A stretch of DNA of 64,000 bases, from positions 32,001 to 96,000 of IMG/VR virus record IMGVR_UViG_3300044981_000387. The stretch is one strand, 5' to 3'. The position numbers and the translations under genes are program-made. Source of the stretch: a virus. Below are positions 9,343 through 18,889 of the stretch, in pieces (positions within the stretch are counted from its first letter, which is position 1; each line of letters opens with the position of its first letter). The notes beneath the pieces are model-generated. The model was not told where the DNA came from, did not search any database, and saw only the letters and a list, made by a program, of their open reading frames with translations.

Positions 9343-10155
9343 TTACTTAATAATAACTATCGGTAACCTTAAGGGAACTTCGCTTCCATCTACTTTAATA
9401 GTCTGAATGGATTCTAACTTGTCTCTAGTTATTGATTCTAATTTACGAATAATAACTCGATAATTGCCCAAAGGTAAAGCCGCCATCCATTTACCAGTAG
9501 CATGAGTTCTAGACTTGGAAACCTGTTCGCTCGTGGCGATATCAATAATTTCTACATCTGCCAAGAAAATAGATTTACTATTACGATCTACCACGCGCTG
9601 CTCAACAGGAACTATACCATGAGTATCTGCTTCCGTAGCAACCTTTGTGGTAGAAGGTGGGGCAGGGGCAGCTTTAGTCTTGGGTTGGATTTGTGCTGTT
9701 ACCACTTCGCCTACACTTCTACCAGGTGGCGGCTTATTAGCTTGAGGGGTTTCCGAAGGAATGGCCACGGGTGGGGGTGGTAAAACCTCTCTACTTCGAT
9801 AAGATTTCTCATCTGAATAACTTTCAGGACGAGAGGTTCGACGAAAACCTTTGGGACCTTCTTCCACAGGAAGTTTAGATTCGGCAGTCACCACCACATT
9901 TCGACTAGGATCGACTGGAGGTAGTTGGGTAAACAAATGAGCCGCTTGATTGGGAACAGGAGTATTTTGTACCGCCTCCACAATAATTTTGTGTGGAGCA
10001 GCATTTTGTTTTTCTAAACCCTTCATTACCTCATTAAGTTTGTTAGATATGACCTTGATATTCAATTCTTGAGATCGAACTGTATTTAATAAAGTTTCGA
10101 TTTTGGACTCTAAATCTAATAAAATGTCGGTAGCTTTCCTTGGTTCCTGTGCCAT
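9343..10155 (-). CDS. hypothetical protein: N-terminal coiled coil, Pro-rich linker, beta-rich C-terminal domain
   Basis: sequence composition of the 270-aa ORF. Confidence 0.7.
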   Translation of the reverse strand: MAQEPRKATDILLDLESKIETLLNTVRSQELNIKVISNKLNEVMKGLEKQNAAPHKIIVEAVQNTPVPNQAAHLFTQLPPVDPSRNVVVTAESKLPVEEGPKGFRRTSRPESYSDEKSYRSREVLPPPPVAIPSETPQANKPPPGRSVGEVVTAQIQPKTKAAPAPPSTTKVATEADTHGIVPVEQRVVDRNSKSIFLADVEIIDIATSEQVSKSRTHATGKWMAALPLGNYRVIIRKLESITRDKLESIQTIKVDGSEVPLRLPIVIIK

Positions 10156-10167
10156 GCATAATCCTTA

Positions 10168-10881
10168 TTATTCTAGGAATAATCCAATTTTAATAGGTAC
10201 TCTTTTAATAATAATTATGTCGTCATCTGGAATGGGATTTCCTTCACACATTTCATGTTCACCAAATACTAGAGCTCTAGCCTGCTCTTGGATTTCTTCC
10301 ATGGGACCCGAACATACTGGAACGCCGCTCACTATTAATAAGTAGGCACCTTCTTCTAAATCGTTCACAACAGGGAATAAATCGTTCTCCGGAGCAGGAG
10401 TGGTGGTAGTTTGTGGTACCGCAAATTGTTTAGCTGGAGGGGTTTTAACTTCATCTAACAACATCGGCAACTCCTCAGGTAAACCCATATTTCTAGATAA
10501 TGGAGTAACATAATCATTATTATCAATCATGGGGCGGTCAGGATCGACTGGCAACTCACTAGACAAATCATCTACGATATCACCATCCACACTAGACCAA
10601 GTGTGTTCCACATTATTACCAACATTAGGAATAGGTCCTCTACCCCTACCGACGGGTGAAGTAACAGCTTCAGCATATGGCTGTCGTATAGCCGCTTTAC
10701 GCACACGTGGATTATTATCAGAAGCTTTGGGTGTAGCTACTTTGGTGTTTTCAGGTACCACCGCACTCTTAAACTCACCTGGCTCCTTGCCCAAAATCTG
10801 CCATTGTGGGACGTATGGTTTAGTTTGTTCTGGCGAACCACGATCACGACTTGTATAGGTTTTTACTTTATTATCAGACAT
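10168..10881 (-). CDS. hypothetical protein
   Basis: likely start MSDNK at 10881 (ORF-track start overlaps rpsU). Confidence 0.7.
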   Translation of the reverse strand: MSDNKVKTYTSRDRGSPEQTKPYVPQWQILGKEPGEFKSAVVPENTKVATPKASDNNPRVRKAAIRQPYAEAVTSPVGRGRGPIPNVGNNVEHTWSSVDGDIVDDLSSELPVDPDRPMIDNNDYVTPLSRNMGLPEELPMLLDEVKTPPAKQFAVPQTTTTPAPENDLFPVVNDLEEGAYLLIVSGVPVCSGPMEEIQEQARALVFGEHEMCEGNPIPDDDIIIIKRVPIKIGLFLE

Positions 10882-10894
10882 GTATATTCCAAAA

Positions 10895-11242
10895 TTATTC
10901 TGGAGAAGTGTCGCGTCTACTCTTCTTGAAGTCATGATTATTCTGGACTTCTAGTAACTTTCTTTTAGACTCGTTACGCTTTCTCCTACGTTTATCAGAT
11001 GGTTTTTCGTACGATTGTTTTTCTTTGTACGTTGAGAGAATGCGCTCTTTCTGAACGAGCGCTCGAAAAGCTCGAAGAGCTTTATCGAAATTATTTCCAT
11101 ACACCTTAACTTCAAGTGGTTGCGCTTGAATGGACTCTCCCGGTCCAACAGTTTTTGTGTCGCTGACTACGACTGCCTTATTTTCACCCTCCCTTCGCGG
11201 CTGTTTAGATCTATAATTATTTCTTTTATTATTTTCTCTCAT
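10895..11242 (-). CDS. rpsU: 30S ribosomal protein bS21 with N- and C-terminal extensions
   Basis: VKVYGNNFDKALRAFR...YKEKQSYEKPSDKRRRK core. Confidence 0.88.
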   Translation of the reverse strand: MRENNKRNNYRSKQPRREGENKAVVVSDTKTVGPGESIQAQPLEVKVYGNNFDKALRAFRALVQKERILSTYKEKQSYEKPSDKRRRKRNESKRKLLEVQNNHDFKKSRRDTSPE

Positions 11243-11269
11243 TACTCAATAACCCGTTTTAACCTTGTA

Positions 11270-12604
11270 TCACTGAAAGTATTTTTCCGTACTAATTCTA
11301 CCACTATTTAGGATATTTTTATCCTTGACTAATCTATTTAGTGCATTCTGAACGTCTTTCTCTGTAGGAGTCTTGCGATTATGGGCAAGAGCCTCGAACA
11401 TAGCAGAAATATACAATTCTTTTAAGTAAGCATAAGAGAATTCGTATTTCTCGGCGTATTTGGCTAACTCTCTACACTTTTTACTAGTGATCAAATTACC
11501 AAACCATCTCTGTAGATATATATAAGCCATTTCTTGATTTGGTAAGGAAATCTCAAACTTTCTATCAAATCTTGATGGCCTATCTGTAATATTGGATTTT
11601 AGCTTTTTAATATCATTGGCAGTAGCAATAACTAATAGTCCATTTTTGGTAGAAATACCATCCATTAAGTTAAGAAAGGAAGAAATATCCACATTCTTCT
11701 CCAAAAGAGAATCCAAATCCTCAAAATATAACAAAGCTGGACTTTGTTCTTCGGCATAGCTAAAAGCTTCACGCACAGCCTCATCATTCACTCCTGGGGC
11801 AATAGTAACGGGCTTGAAATTGTAAGCCGACATAATAGTACGGATAATAGATGTCTTTCCATTACCTGGCTTACCATACAATAAAATACCGCGTTTCCAA
11901 GGAATACGGTTCTTAACATAGAACTCTTGAGAGGCCAAAAAGTTCTCTACCAAACCCTTTATTTCATCTTTGGTTTCTTGGGGCAAGAATAATTCTTCCC
12001 AAGTATGATCTTTAGTATAAGGAATATCTTCACCTTCAATCACACGAATATGAAGATTACTACGATCTCGCTCTTGAACCCACTTATCAAAGTCGTTACG
12101 CAGAGCAAGATAACCCTCGTAATTCTTGTCAGAGACTAGAATAAAAAAGCTAATTTCATCTTCGTGTTGATTACCCTTGTGAAAGAGGGCGGCATGTAAA
12201 AACTCTACATTTCCACTCTTGATTAGGAAAACGCCCTGAGCAAAGTGTTTCTCAAAATCATGGTCGGTGTTCCATGAAATAATGGAATCCTTGAATAGAC
12301 ATTTGACCGTAACTTTCTTTTCTGCACAGAAGTGAAGAAATTGTCCGTCTATAATGACACGATTATGAACGAACTTGTTTAGTTTAGAGGCCTTAAGAAT
12401 GGGACCAAAGACTTCCACGGTCCAATTCATTAAATCAATAAAATTAGCGGATGGACGATTGTTTAATGGATCAGTAACGCTGATTCCATGCGCCATGTTA
12501 AAATTATCATCTACTACTAATCTGGCCAATTGCTCTGAGGATAAATGTTCTTGACGCTCCATATCTTCTGGAGTCAAGTAATTTTCTTTGACGGCTGTAT
12601 TCAT
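11270..12604 (-). CDS. AAA+ ATPase (classic AAA clade)
   Basis: RGILLYGKPGNGKT, LLYFEDLD, FLNLMDG, IATAN, RPSRFD. Confidence 0.9.
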   Translation of the reverse strand: MNTAVKENYLTPEDMERQEHLSSEQLARLVVDDNFNMAHGISVTDPLNNRPSANFIDLMNWTVEVFGPILKASKLNKFVHNRVIIDGQFLHFCAEKKVTVKCLFKDSIISWNTDHDFEKHFAQGVFLIKSGNVEFLHAALFHKGNQHEDEISFFILVSDKNYEGYLALRNDFDKWVQERDRSNLHIRVIEGEDIPYTKDHTWEELFLPQETKDEIKGLVENFLASQEFYVKNRIPWKRGILLYGKPGNGKTSIIRTIMSAYNFKPVTIAPGVNDEAVREAFSYAEEQSPALLYFEDLDSLLEKNVDISSFLNLMDGISTKNGLLVIATANDIKKLKSNITDRPSRFDRKFEISLPNQEMAYIYLQRWFGNLITSKKCRELAKYAEKYEFSYAYLKELYISAMFEALAHNRKTPTEKDVQNALNRLVKDKNILNSGRISTEKYFQ

Positions 12605-12635
12605 ATTTTATGATCTCGTTCTTTCTACAAGAAAG

Positions 12636-14444
12636 TTAGGCGACATTTTTAATCGGTTTAGTATTACGACACTTAGGAAAAGCGGTGCAAGCAAAAAAAG
12701 TGGAACCATCTACTTTATTAGTTCGGAGGGCCATCGGACTATCGCACTGGTTGCACAGCGCGGCTCCATGTTGTGTATATGCCCGGTTCAATTGCAGTTT
12801 GTATTCTGGATAAAACTTTTTTAACATATCAACGTGATCTACCTTGCCGCTTTCAATTTCATCTAATTGTTGTTCCAGCTTGGCTGTGTAATCGTAATCC
12901 ATAAAAGTAAAGTATTGTAATAATTCCTGAGTGATACGCTTACCTAACTCGGTAGCGTGATACACATTACCCTTCTTTTCCACATAATTACGAGTAGTAA
13001 TTTTGCTTAATAAGTCTGCGTAGGTAGCCGGGCGCCCAATACTCTTATTAACCAACTCTTTGATGAGCTTATCTTCCGAATATCTGGGCGATGGTTGCGT
13101 CTGTTTCTTTTCCATCTTAACTGGCGCCTTACCCCAATGATGTAGGATATCTCCCTTGTGTAAATTAGGAATGTCAATTTTAGTTATATCATCCACTGCA
13201 ACACCAGTAAAAATATTTAGATAACCTTCACTTTTTAGAGCTTTACCAGAAGCTTTAACTTCGGCGGATGGATCACCTTGCACATGAGCCGTCACTTTGA
13301 GAGTATCATAAACGGCTGGCATCATTTGACTAGCTACAAAGTTTTGCCAAATAACTTGATATACTAACTTTTCATCAGGATCGATAATAGCAAAATTATG
13401 ATCTGGCAACAAAGTAATATCGGTTGGATGAATACACTCGTGAGCGTCCTGTGCTGCATCTCTATTTTTATAGAGATTGGGCTTGTTAGGAACTGCATAT
13501 TTATGCTCTTTTAACCAATCACGCAGCTCTTTGATGCTATTATCATCGATACGAACTGAATCAGTTCTAATATAAGTGACATACCCGCCTTCATAAAGAG
13601 ATTGTGCCGCTTTCATAGTACGGTCGGCACCAAAACCATACTCTTTAGACATAATTTGCTGTAAAGTGGAGGTAACTAATGGAGCATATGGGTTTTTCTT
13701 TTCTTCTTCAGATATCACTTCGGTTACCACAAACTTGGCATCTGTAGCCGCTAATTTAGCGCGCATTGTCTCAGCAGCAACTAAATCGGTAGGACGACCA
13801 GAGTATTTAGTAGTAAAACCGTGTTTGGTGTCCTTGGATAAAGTCACTTGAATAGTCCAGAACTCTTCAGGAATAAAAGTCTCAATTTCTCTCTCACGAT
13901 CAATCACCAAGCGAGTGACCACTGATTGCACTCGACCTGCCGATAATTTGGAACCAAAAAAGTTCATCAAAAATGGAGAGGCAGTAAACCCAACTAAACG
14001 ATCTAGAATGCGACGAGCTTCTTGAGAATGAAATAGGTTCATATCAATATCGCGTACTTCTTTGACTGCCTTTAAGAGAGCGTCTTTTTTAATCTTGTTA
14101 AAGACCATACGCTTGATAGGCTTGCCCATATCCTCTAAACGTTGAGCTAAATGCCAAGCAATAGCTTCACCTTCACGATCAGGGTCGGAAGCTACAAAAA
14201 TCTGATCCACCTTTTTGGCTGCTGCCATCAACTCATTTAATACATCTACTTTATCATCAATTAAGACATAGTGTGGCTTGAAATCTTTGTCCACATCTAC
14301 GCCCAACCCATGTTTTCCACCTTTAGCTAAATCAGTAATATGGCCCTTGCTAGCCATAACAATATAATCTTTTCCTAGGTATCCTTGAATGGTGGCGGCT
14401 TTATGGGGCGATTCTACGATAACTAACGTTTTAAGATTATTCAT
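12636..14444 (-). CDS. topA: type IA DNA topoisomerase
   Basis: IVESPHKA, SDPDREGE TOPRIM, SAGRVQS, catalytic GYVTYIRTDS, C-terminal C4 zinc ribbon. Confidence 0.95.
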   Translation of the reverse strand: MNNLKTLVIVESPHKAATIQGYLGKDYIVMASKGHITDLAKGGKHGLGVDVDKDFKPHYVLIDDKVDVLNELMAAAKKVDQIFVASDPDREGEAIAWHLAQRLEDMGKPIKRMVFNKIKKDALLKAVKEVRDIDMNLFHSQEARRILDRLVGFTASPFLMNFFGSKLSAGRVQSVVTRLVIDREREIETFIPEEFWTIQVTLSKDTKHGFTTKYSGRPTDLVAAETMRAKLAATDAKFVVTEVISEEEKKNPYAPLVTSTLQQIMSKEYGFGADRTMKAAQSLYEGGYVTYIRTDSVRIDDNSIKELRDWLKEHKYAVPNKPNLYKNRDAAQDAHECIHPTDITLLPDHNFAIIDPDEKLVYQVIWQNFVASQMMPAVYDTLKVTAHVQGDPSAEVKASGKALKSEGYLNIFTGVAVDDITKIDIPNLHKGDILHHWGKAPVKMEKKQTQPSPRYSEDKLIKELVNKSIGRPATYADLLSKITTRNYVEKKGNVYHATELGKRITQELLQYFTFMDYDYTAKLEQQLDEIESGKVDHVDMLKKFYPEYKLQLNRAYTQHGAALCNQCDSPMALRTNKVDGSTFFACTAFPKCRNTKPIKNVA

Positions 14445-14622
14445 TCACATCATCCTCATAGGAACATTTTCCAGTTCCACTACATTTTTTGCACGGAGAA
14501 CCATCTCCATAATCTTGGCCATAACCTTGACAATCTATGCACCAACCCAAACGCCGTAACTCTTTCTCATACTCTCCATTATCAATGTATTCTGTTATCA
14601 CTAATGTTTTCAAGTTACTCAT
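14437..14622 (-). CDS. small zinc-finger protein (DnaJ-type CxxCxGxG repeats)
   Basis: CIDCQGYG and CKKCSGTG. Confidence 0.55.
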   Translation of the reverse strand: MSNLKTLVITEYIDNGEYEKELRRLGWCIDCQGYGQDYGDGSPCKKCSGTGKCSYEDDVNE

Positions 14623-14634
14623 AGTCGATCTTTC

Positions 14635-14922
14635 TTAATAGTGCCACTCAACAGTTAGTTGATCTTTATTCACATTATATCTACACTCTGTTGGCATGGA
14701 CGAGTGAGTTAAAATATGCAATAGCACCTTATTCCTACATGTTCTTTGGAAGGGCAAATCAATTTTGATGGTATAATAATCAACTATCTCAACAGTAGCA
14801 TTAAACTTTTCTAACTTTTTGATATAAGCCCTAATATTAATGTCTATATTATGACCAAAAGAACCATCAGTTTTTTCTAACACAGTCTTTAGTTTTTCTT
14901 GCCAGCTCAAATTACTTTTCAT
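14635..14922 (-). CDS. hypothetical protein
   Basis: 95-aa ORF. Confidence 0.6.
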   Translation of the reverse strand: MKSNLSWQEKLKTVLEKTDGSFGHNIDINIRAYIKKLEKFNATVEIVDYYTIKIDLPFQRTCRNKVLLHILTHSSMPTECRYNVNKDQLTVEWHY

Positions 14923-14960
14923 TTTACCAATCCTTTCAATATTTCAACAATCGTTATCTA

Positions 14961-15239
14961 TCAACTTATCGATCTAAATACAACCGTTTCTATTGACATA
15001 GTCCACATTCTCTGGTTAGAGTTACAATTACAGAACGCGATCCATTTCTGATAAAAACTTCCCGGATCATGGATTTCCCAATCTAAGTCAGCAAAACAGT
15101 CTGCACAATAAGCAGATTGACAAACACCCGATCCAGGAAAACACTCTTTACCTTCACATACTTTACGATCGTCTTCAATCATATTTTCCAATCTTTCATC
15201 ATCAATAAACATAATTTCTCTCAATATTTTAACATACAT
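14961..15239 (-). CDS. hypothetical Cys-rich protein
   Basis: 92-aa ORF. Confidence 0.55.
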   Translation of the reverse strand: MYVKILREIMFIDDERLENMIEDDRKVCEGKECFPGSGVCQSAYCADCFADLDWEIHDPGSFYQKWIAFCNCNSNQRMWTMSIETVVFRSIS

Positions 15240-15242
15240 TAA

Positions 15243-15692
15243 ATGGATACCCTACATCTCAATATCACTGATTTTTTTGAGGAACTGTTAAGTGATGTCA
15301 AATGCCATCAAGATACTCGGGCTTATATCGTCAGCATTTATGGAAAATATAAGAGCGCCCAATTCGATCTGTCTAAAGATAGCATCACTACACTGTTTGC
15401 GCAAGGGCGTGATAAACAAGATTTTTTAACTTACCAAAACTTGGGAGATTGGATCTTCTTCACCCAAACTATGGTGCCCAATCATTTACAGTGGGCTAGC
15501 AAAGATTATTACGATACAGTAGCTCGCCTTTCTTATTATTCTTGCTATAAACTTATCAATCGCCAATGGAAACTTTTTGAGGAGCTAGCCGATAATTTTT
15601 TACTTCTAGAGAGACAGGTAAAAGAAAAATTGAGCGATCTTAAAATGTCTCAAACTTCTGCGGATATCTATATCGTGCCTTTCGGTTCTTGA
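15243..15692 (+). CDS. hypothetical helical protein
   Basis: 149-aa ORF with LGDWIFF...YY...LFEELADNF pattern seen in uncharacterised bacterial proteins. Confidence 0.7.
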   Translation: MDTLHLNITDFFEELLSDVKCHQDTRAYIVSIYGKYKSAQFDLSKDSITTLFAQGRDKQDFLTYQNLGDWIFFTQTMVPNHLQWASKDYYDTVARLSYYSCYKLINRQWKLFEELADNFLLLERQVKEKLSDLKMSQTSADIYIVPFGS

Positions 15693-16101
15693 TTTCCGGA
15701 CGATGCTCTGCCATTATAGAATTAAAAGCCCACACCGTCCTACCACAGGGACAAGATAAATATTCAGTAATATTGCCGTCATATTTGACGTCCCTGTGTT
15801 GATGTAAAGTTGGCTTATAGGATTGTTCAGGCCATCGCACAGTAAAAGCTTTCATGTTATGAAAAATGCGGGGCTGATGTCTTTTATACCAATAGCCTAC
15901 GATGTTGCTAATGTATTTCTTAAACCAATCAAAAACTTTAGAGGCTGAACGCGGATCGCTAAAATACAAAGCATGATTGACATAATAATAATCATCGGGA
16001 GGCAAACCACATTCTCTACATTTGGTTCTAGCTATAAAAGAAGAAGATAAGTTAACTCTGATCGATTTCGGTGCCCCATAAATGATTTGAGAGTTACTCA
16101 T
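15640..16101 (-). CDS. hypothetical protein with zinc ligands
   Basis: CREC and CPC motifs; coupled to the upstream ORF. Confidence 0.65.
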   Translation of the reverse strand: MSNSQIIYGAPKSIRVNLSSSFIARTKCRECGLPPDDYYYVNHALYFSDPRSASKVFDWFKKYISNIVGYWYKRHQPRIFHNMKAFTVRWPEQSYKPTLHQHRDVKYDGNITEYLSCPCGRTVWAFNSIMAEHRPEIKNRKARYRYPQKFETF

Positions 16102-17443
16102 TATGATCCTTTTTTAATAAAAAATGTGCGCGTTCCACAATTTTCTTACGAACCCTGTTAACATAAACCATACCACCCATTTGATAATGCGGCGGAATGC
16201 GTAAATGAGTAATAGAAACCGGAGTTCCAGGCCTAATATCATTAAACTTAATGCGAGAAAAACTATACTCTTTTACCAAATGCAATAAGGGCGCTTTAGT
16301 TTGAGTATGCAAAACATTCAATAATTTTCCAATATAATACGGCTGAGTATAAGAAGCCTTCCTCCCTCCAATATAAAACTCGGTAGTTCCATTTTTAATA
16401 TCCAACCTGTCAGTTATTATACTATCAAAATGACTAATCCCATCAAAAATGCATAAATGCTCACTTAATAAATTATCCACACGATATCTTTTAGCACCCT
16501 TCTTAATAAAGAAGGGGAGTGAACTGTCTAGCAACCTAATATACTCTTGAAATACTTTATGTTGAAATCCGCCAGAACGTGTGCCCTCTAACAAATAACC
16601 TATCATTTCTTCTGGTTGCTGTTGTAAAAGAATGCCAAAAGCTTCATATACTAATTGTTTATGCTTGATAGTAAAATCCGAACTACTATAAGAAACATGG
16701 CTAATTTGACTGCTAATTATTTCTTTTATTAGGTTAATCTTAACCTGTAATTCTTCTTTAATTTCTAAACGAGTTTGAGCATCTATTTCTTTAGAAATAA
16801 TGCTATCCTTGAAAAACCTATCGCCATCATTAGTAATATCCAATACCAATTTTTCTGGATTAGTCTGAGAGGTAGTGTGATGCATACCCGATAAATCCTT
16901 ATACTCCCCTACAAAGGAACAATCAAAATAGGGGCAAGCTACTATCGAAGTGTTTTCTAAAGGATGAGGTATAAAACGATGGCAATTAGCACAGCGATAA
17001 CCGCGCTTGTTATGCACCGCAAAAGTTTTGTAGAAAACCACTTGTTTAGGATCGGTAGTTTGCCTTAGTTGATAATGGCACTCTTCGCACTGAAAGGTTT
17101 TATCAAACACCACCAAAGTAGCCATACCTAGAAATAAACAGCCAGGACAAATATGCTCTGATTTCTTTTTGTGGGGCGAGGCGGCTAATTTGCGACAAAA
17201 AGCGTTAGCAATGTAAAATAGATAGACAGACAACTCTTCTAAAGGAGACCCTTTATTAATAAAGGTAACGCAACCAGTTCTCAATTCATCTTTCAATAAT
17301 TCTAAGAGAGCATACAAAGATAATTGATTATCGGTCTGAAAATACATATGATGTATGTTTGCAATACCAGAACAATGCTCTTGTAAAAACCTCTCCACCA
17401 TCATATCTGCGTCGATAAGGTTGAGGGTGCGTGCCGCTTGCAT
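16094..17443 (-). CDS. multi-zinc-ribbon protein, possibly a highly diverged ECF-like sigma factor
   Basis: CPGC, CEEC, CANC, CPYFDC; LSVYLFYIANAFCRKL resembles sigma region 2.3-2.4; C-terminal VNRVRKKIVER resembles region 4.2. Confidence 0.4.
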   Translation of the reverse strand: MQAARTLNLIDADMMVERFLQEHCSGIANIHHMYFQTDNQLSLYALLELLKDELRTGCVTFINKGSPLEELSVYLFYIANAFCRKLAASPHKKKSEHICPGCLFLGMATLVVFDKTFQCEECHYQLRQTTDPKQVVFYKTFAVHNKRGYRCANCHRFIPHPLENTSIVACPYFDCSFVGEYKDLSGMHHTTSQTNPEKLVLDITNDGDRFFKDSIISKEIDAQTRLEIKEELQVKINLIKEIISSQISHVSYSSSDFTIKHKQLVYEAFGILLQQQPEEMIGYLLEGTRSGGFQHKVFQEYIRLLDSSLPFFIKKGAKRYRVDNLLSEHLCIFDGISHFDSIITDRLDIKNGTTEFYIGGRKASYTQPYYIGKLLNVLHTQTKAPLLHLVKEYSFSRIKFNDIRPGTPVSITHLRIPPHYQMGGMVYVNRVRKKIVERAHFLLKKDHNE

Positions 17444-18432
17444 TAGACTCCAAAATTATGACAAACTTCCGATGCTGTAATATATGCCACTTGAAATCGC
17501 TCTAGAAAACGAAAATTATCTCTAACTAAAGCATCGCCTTTACCTAATAGATTTTCGGCGCCCGTCACATCTAAAATGACCTTACTGTCTACATGGCTGG
17601 CCACACGACAAGCAATACGAGCCGGAAAATTGGCTTTAATGGCACCATTGATAATATTAACGGAAGGTCGTTGGGTGCCTAACACTAAACATATGTGAGC
17701 GGCACGGGATTTTTGTGCTAAACGACATAGTTTGTTAAAAAACTGATCTTCCTTATCTTGCATAATCAAATCAGCAAACTCATCTATAATCATCACTACA
17801 TAAGGAAGCTCTCCTGGAAGAAGACCCTCCCGCATTAAAGAATATCTTTGTTCCATCAATTCCAATAATGAATCCAATAATATAATTGTTTCATCATAAG
17901 TGTAGAAAACCTTGCTATTATGTAAACGATCTTCATAAGGACCAAACTCAATTCTCTTAGGGTCCACTAAACACACCACACAATCACTATAATTATATAG
18001 ATTAGCTATCAAATTATGCAATAAGGTGCTCTTACCAGAGCCAGTGGTGCCAGCGACAATCATATGAGGATTCAACGACAAGTCCATCCACAATCTTTTG
18101 CCATCCACCGTTTGGCCCAATAAGCATGGAAGACCACCTTCAGGCACATCTTGGTTGGTGAAATAATCCATCAACATCAAAGACTTTTCACGAGGGGAAG
18201 CGAACTCTAAACGGACCACCCCTTGTTCGTGCAACACTTTAATACTGGGACGACATGGAGTCTTGAGCGCCAAAGAAATCTCATCACCATATCGATGGAT
18301 ATCTTTAACCTTAGCGTGCGGATCTAATTTGAGATCATAGAAGAAATAGTTGTCTACTATTTGACTATTAACGCAATTAGCTTGAATATTAAATGCATGA
18401 AGAATCTTGTTAAAATGCTGAATACTTTCCAT
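17443..18432 (-). CDS. FtsK/SpoIIIE family DNA translocase (motor domains only)
   Basis: PHMIVAGTTGSGKS, IIDEFADL, TQRPS, SKVILDVTGAENLLGKGDAL. Confidence 0.92.
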   Translation of the reverse strand: MESIQHFNKILHAFNIQANCVNSQIVDNYFFYDLKLDPHAKVKDIHRYGDEISLALKTPCRPSIKVLHEQGVVRLEFASPREKSLMLMDYFTNQDVPEGGLPCLLGQTVDGKRLWMDLSLNPHMIVAGTTGSGKSTLLHNLIANLYNYSDCVVCLVDPKRIEFGPYEDRLHNSKVFYTYDETIILLDSLLELMEQRYSLMREGLLPGELPYVVMIIDEFADLIMQDKEDQFFNKLCRLAQKSRAAHICLVLGTQRPSVNIINGAIKANFPARIACRVASHVDSKVILDVTGAENLLGKGDALVRDNFRFLERFQVAYITASEVCHNFGV

Positions 18433-18481
18433 GTTTTCTATACATTCATAGTAAGCATAAAAAATTGGGAGCGCAAGGGCG

Positions 18482-18889
18482 TTAAAATTTTATAAATAAA
18501 TGATATTTCTCGGCAACAATTTTGCGCAATTCTTCCGGGGTCGGTTTTACTAAGCCGACCAAATGTCCAATTTTAATACCACTTTTATCTACCGTGCCAT
18601 ATGGCAATTCTATAATTAGATCACTAAACTTGTTATCACCAATCATCTCCGTAGAGAGCGGCTGCCCTACATGCAATTGAGATACTTTACCTTGATAACA
18701 AAAAACAATATCTAATGGACTAATAGTTTGATGCATCCAGAACTTATTGATTCTTGGCTCCGTATAAATAAAAGACATAGTGGGCGGAGGCCAGGATTGA
18801 CCCATAAGACCTCGCTGCTGCTCTGCCTCTGAAATTGCTATCAAAGTATCAAATATATTTAATCCTATATATACTATACCTTGTTCCAT
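18482..18889 (-). CDS. DUF192 family protein
   Basis: EQQRGLM, FWMHQTISPLDIVF, IELPYG. Confidence 0.85.
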   Translation of the reverse strand: MEQGIVYIGLNIFDTLIAISEAEQQRGLMGQSWPPPTMSFIYTEPRINKFWMHQTISPLDIVFCYQGKVSQLHVGQPLSTEMIGDNKFSDLIIELPYGTVDKSGIKIGHLVGLVKPTPEELRKIVAEKYHLFIKF

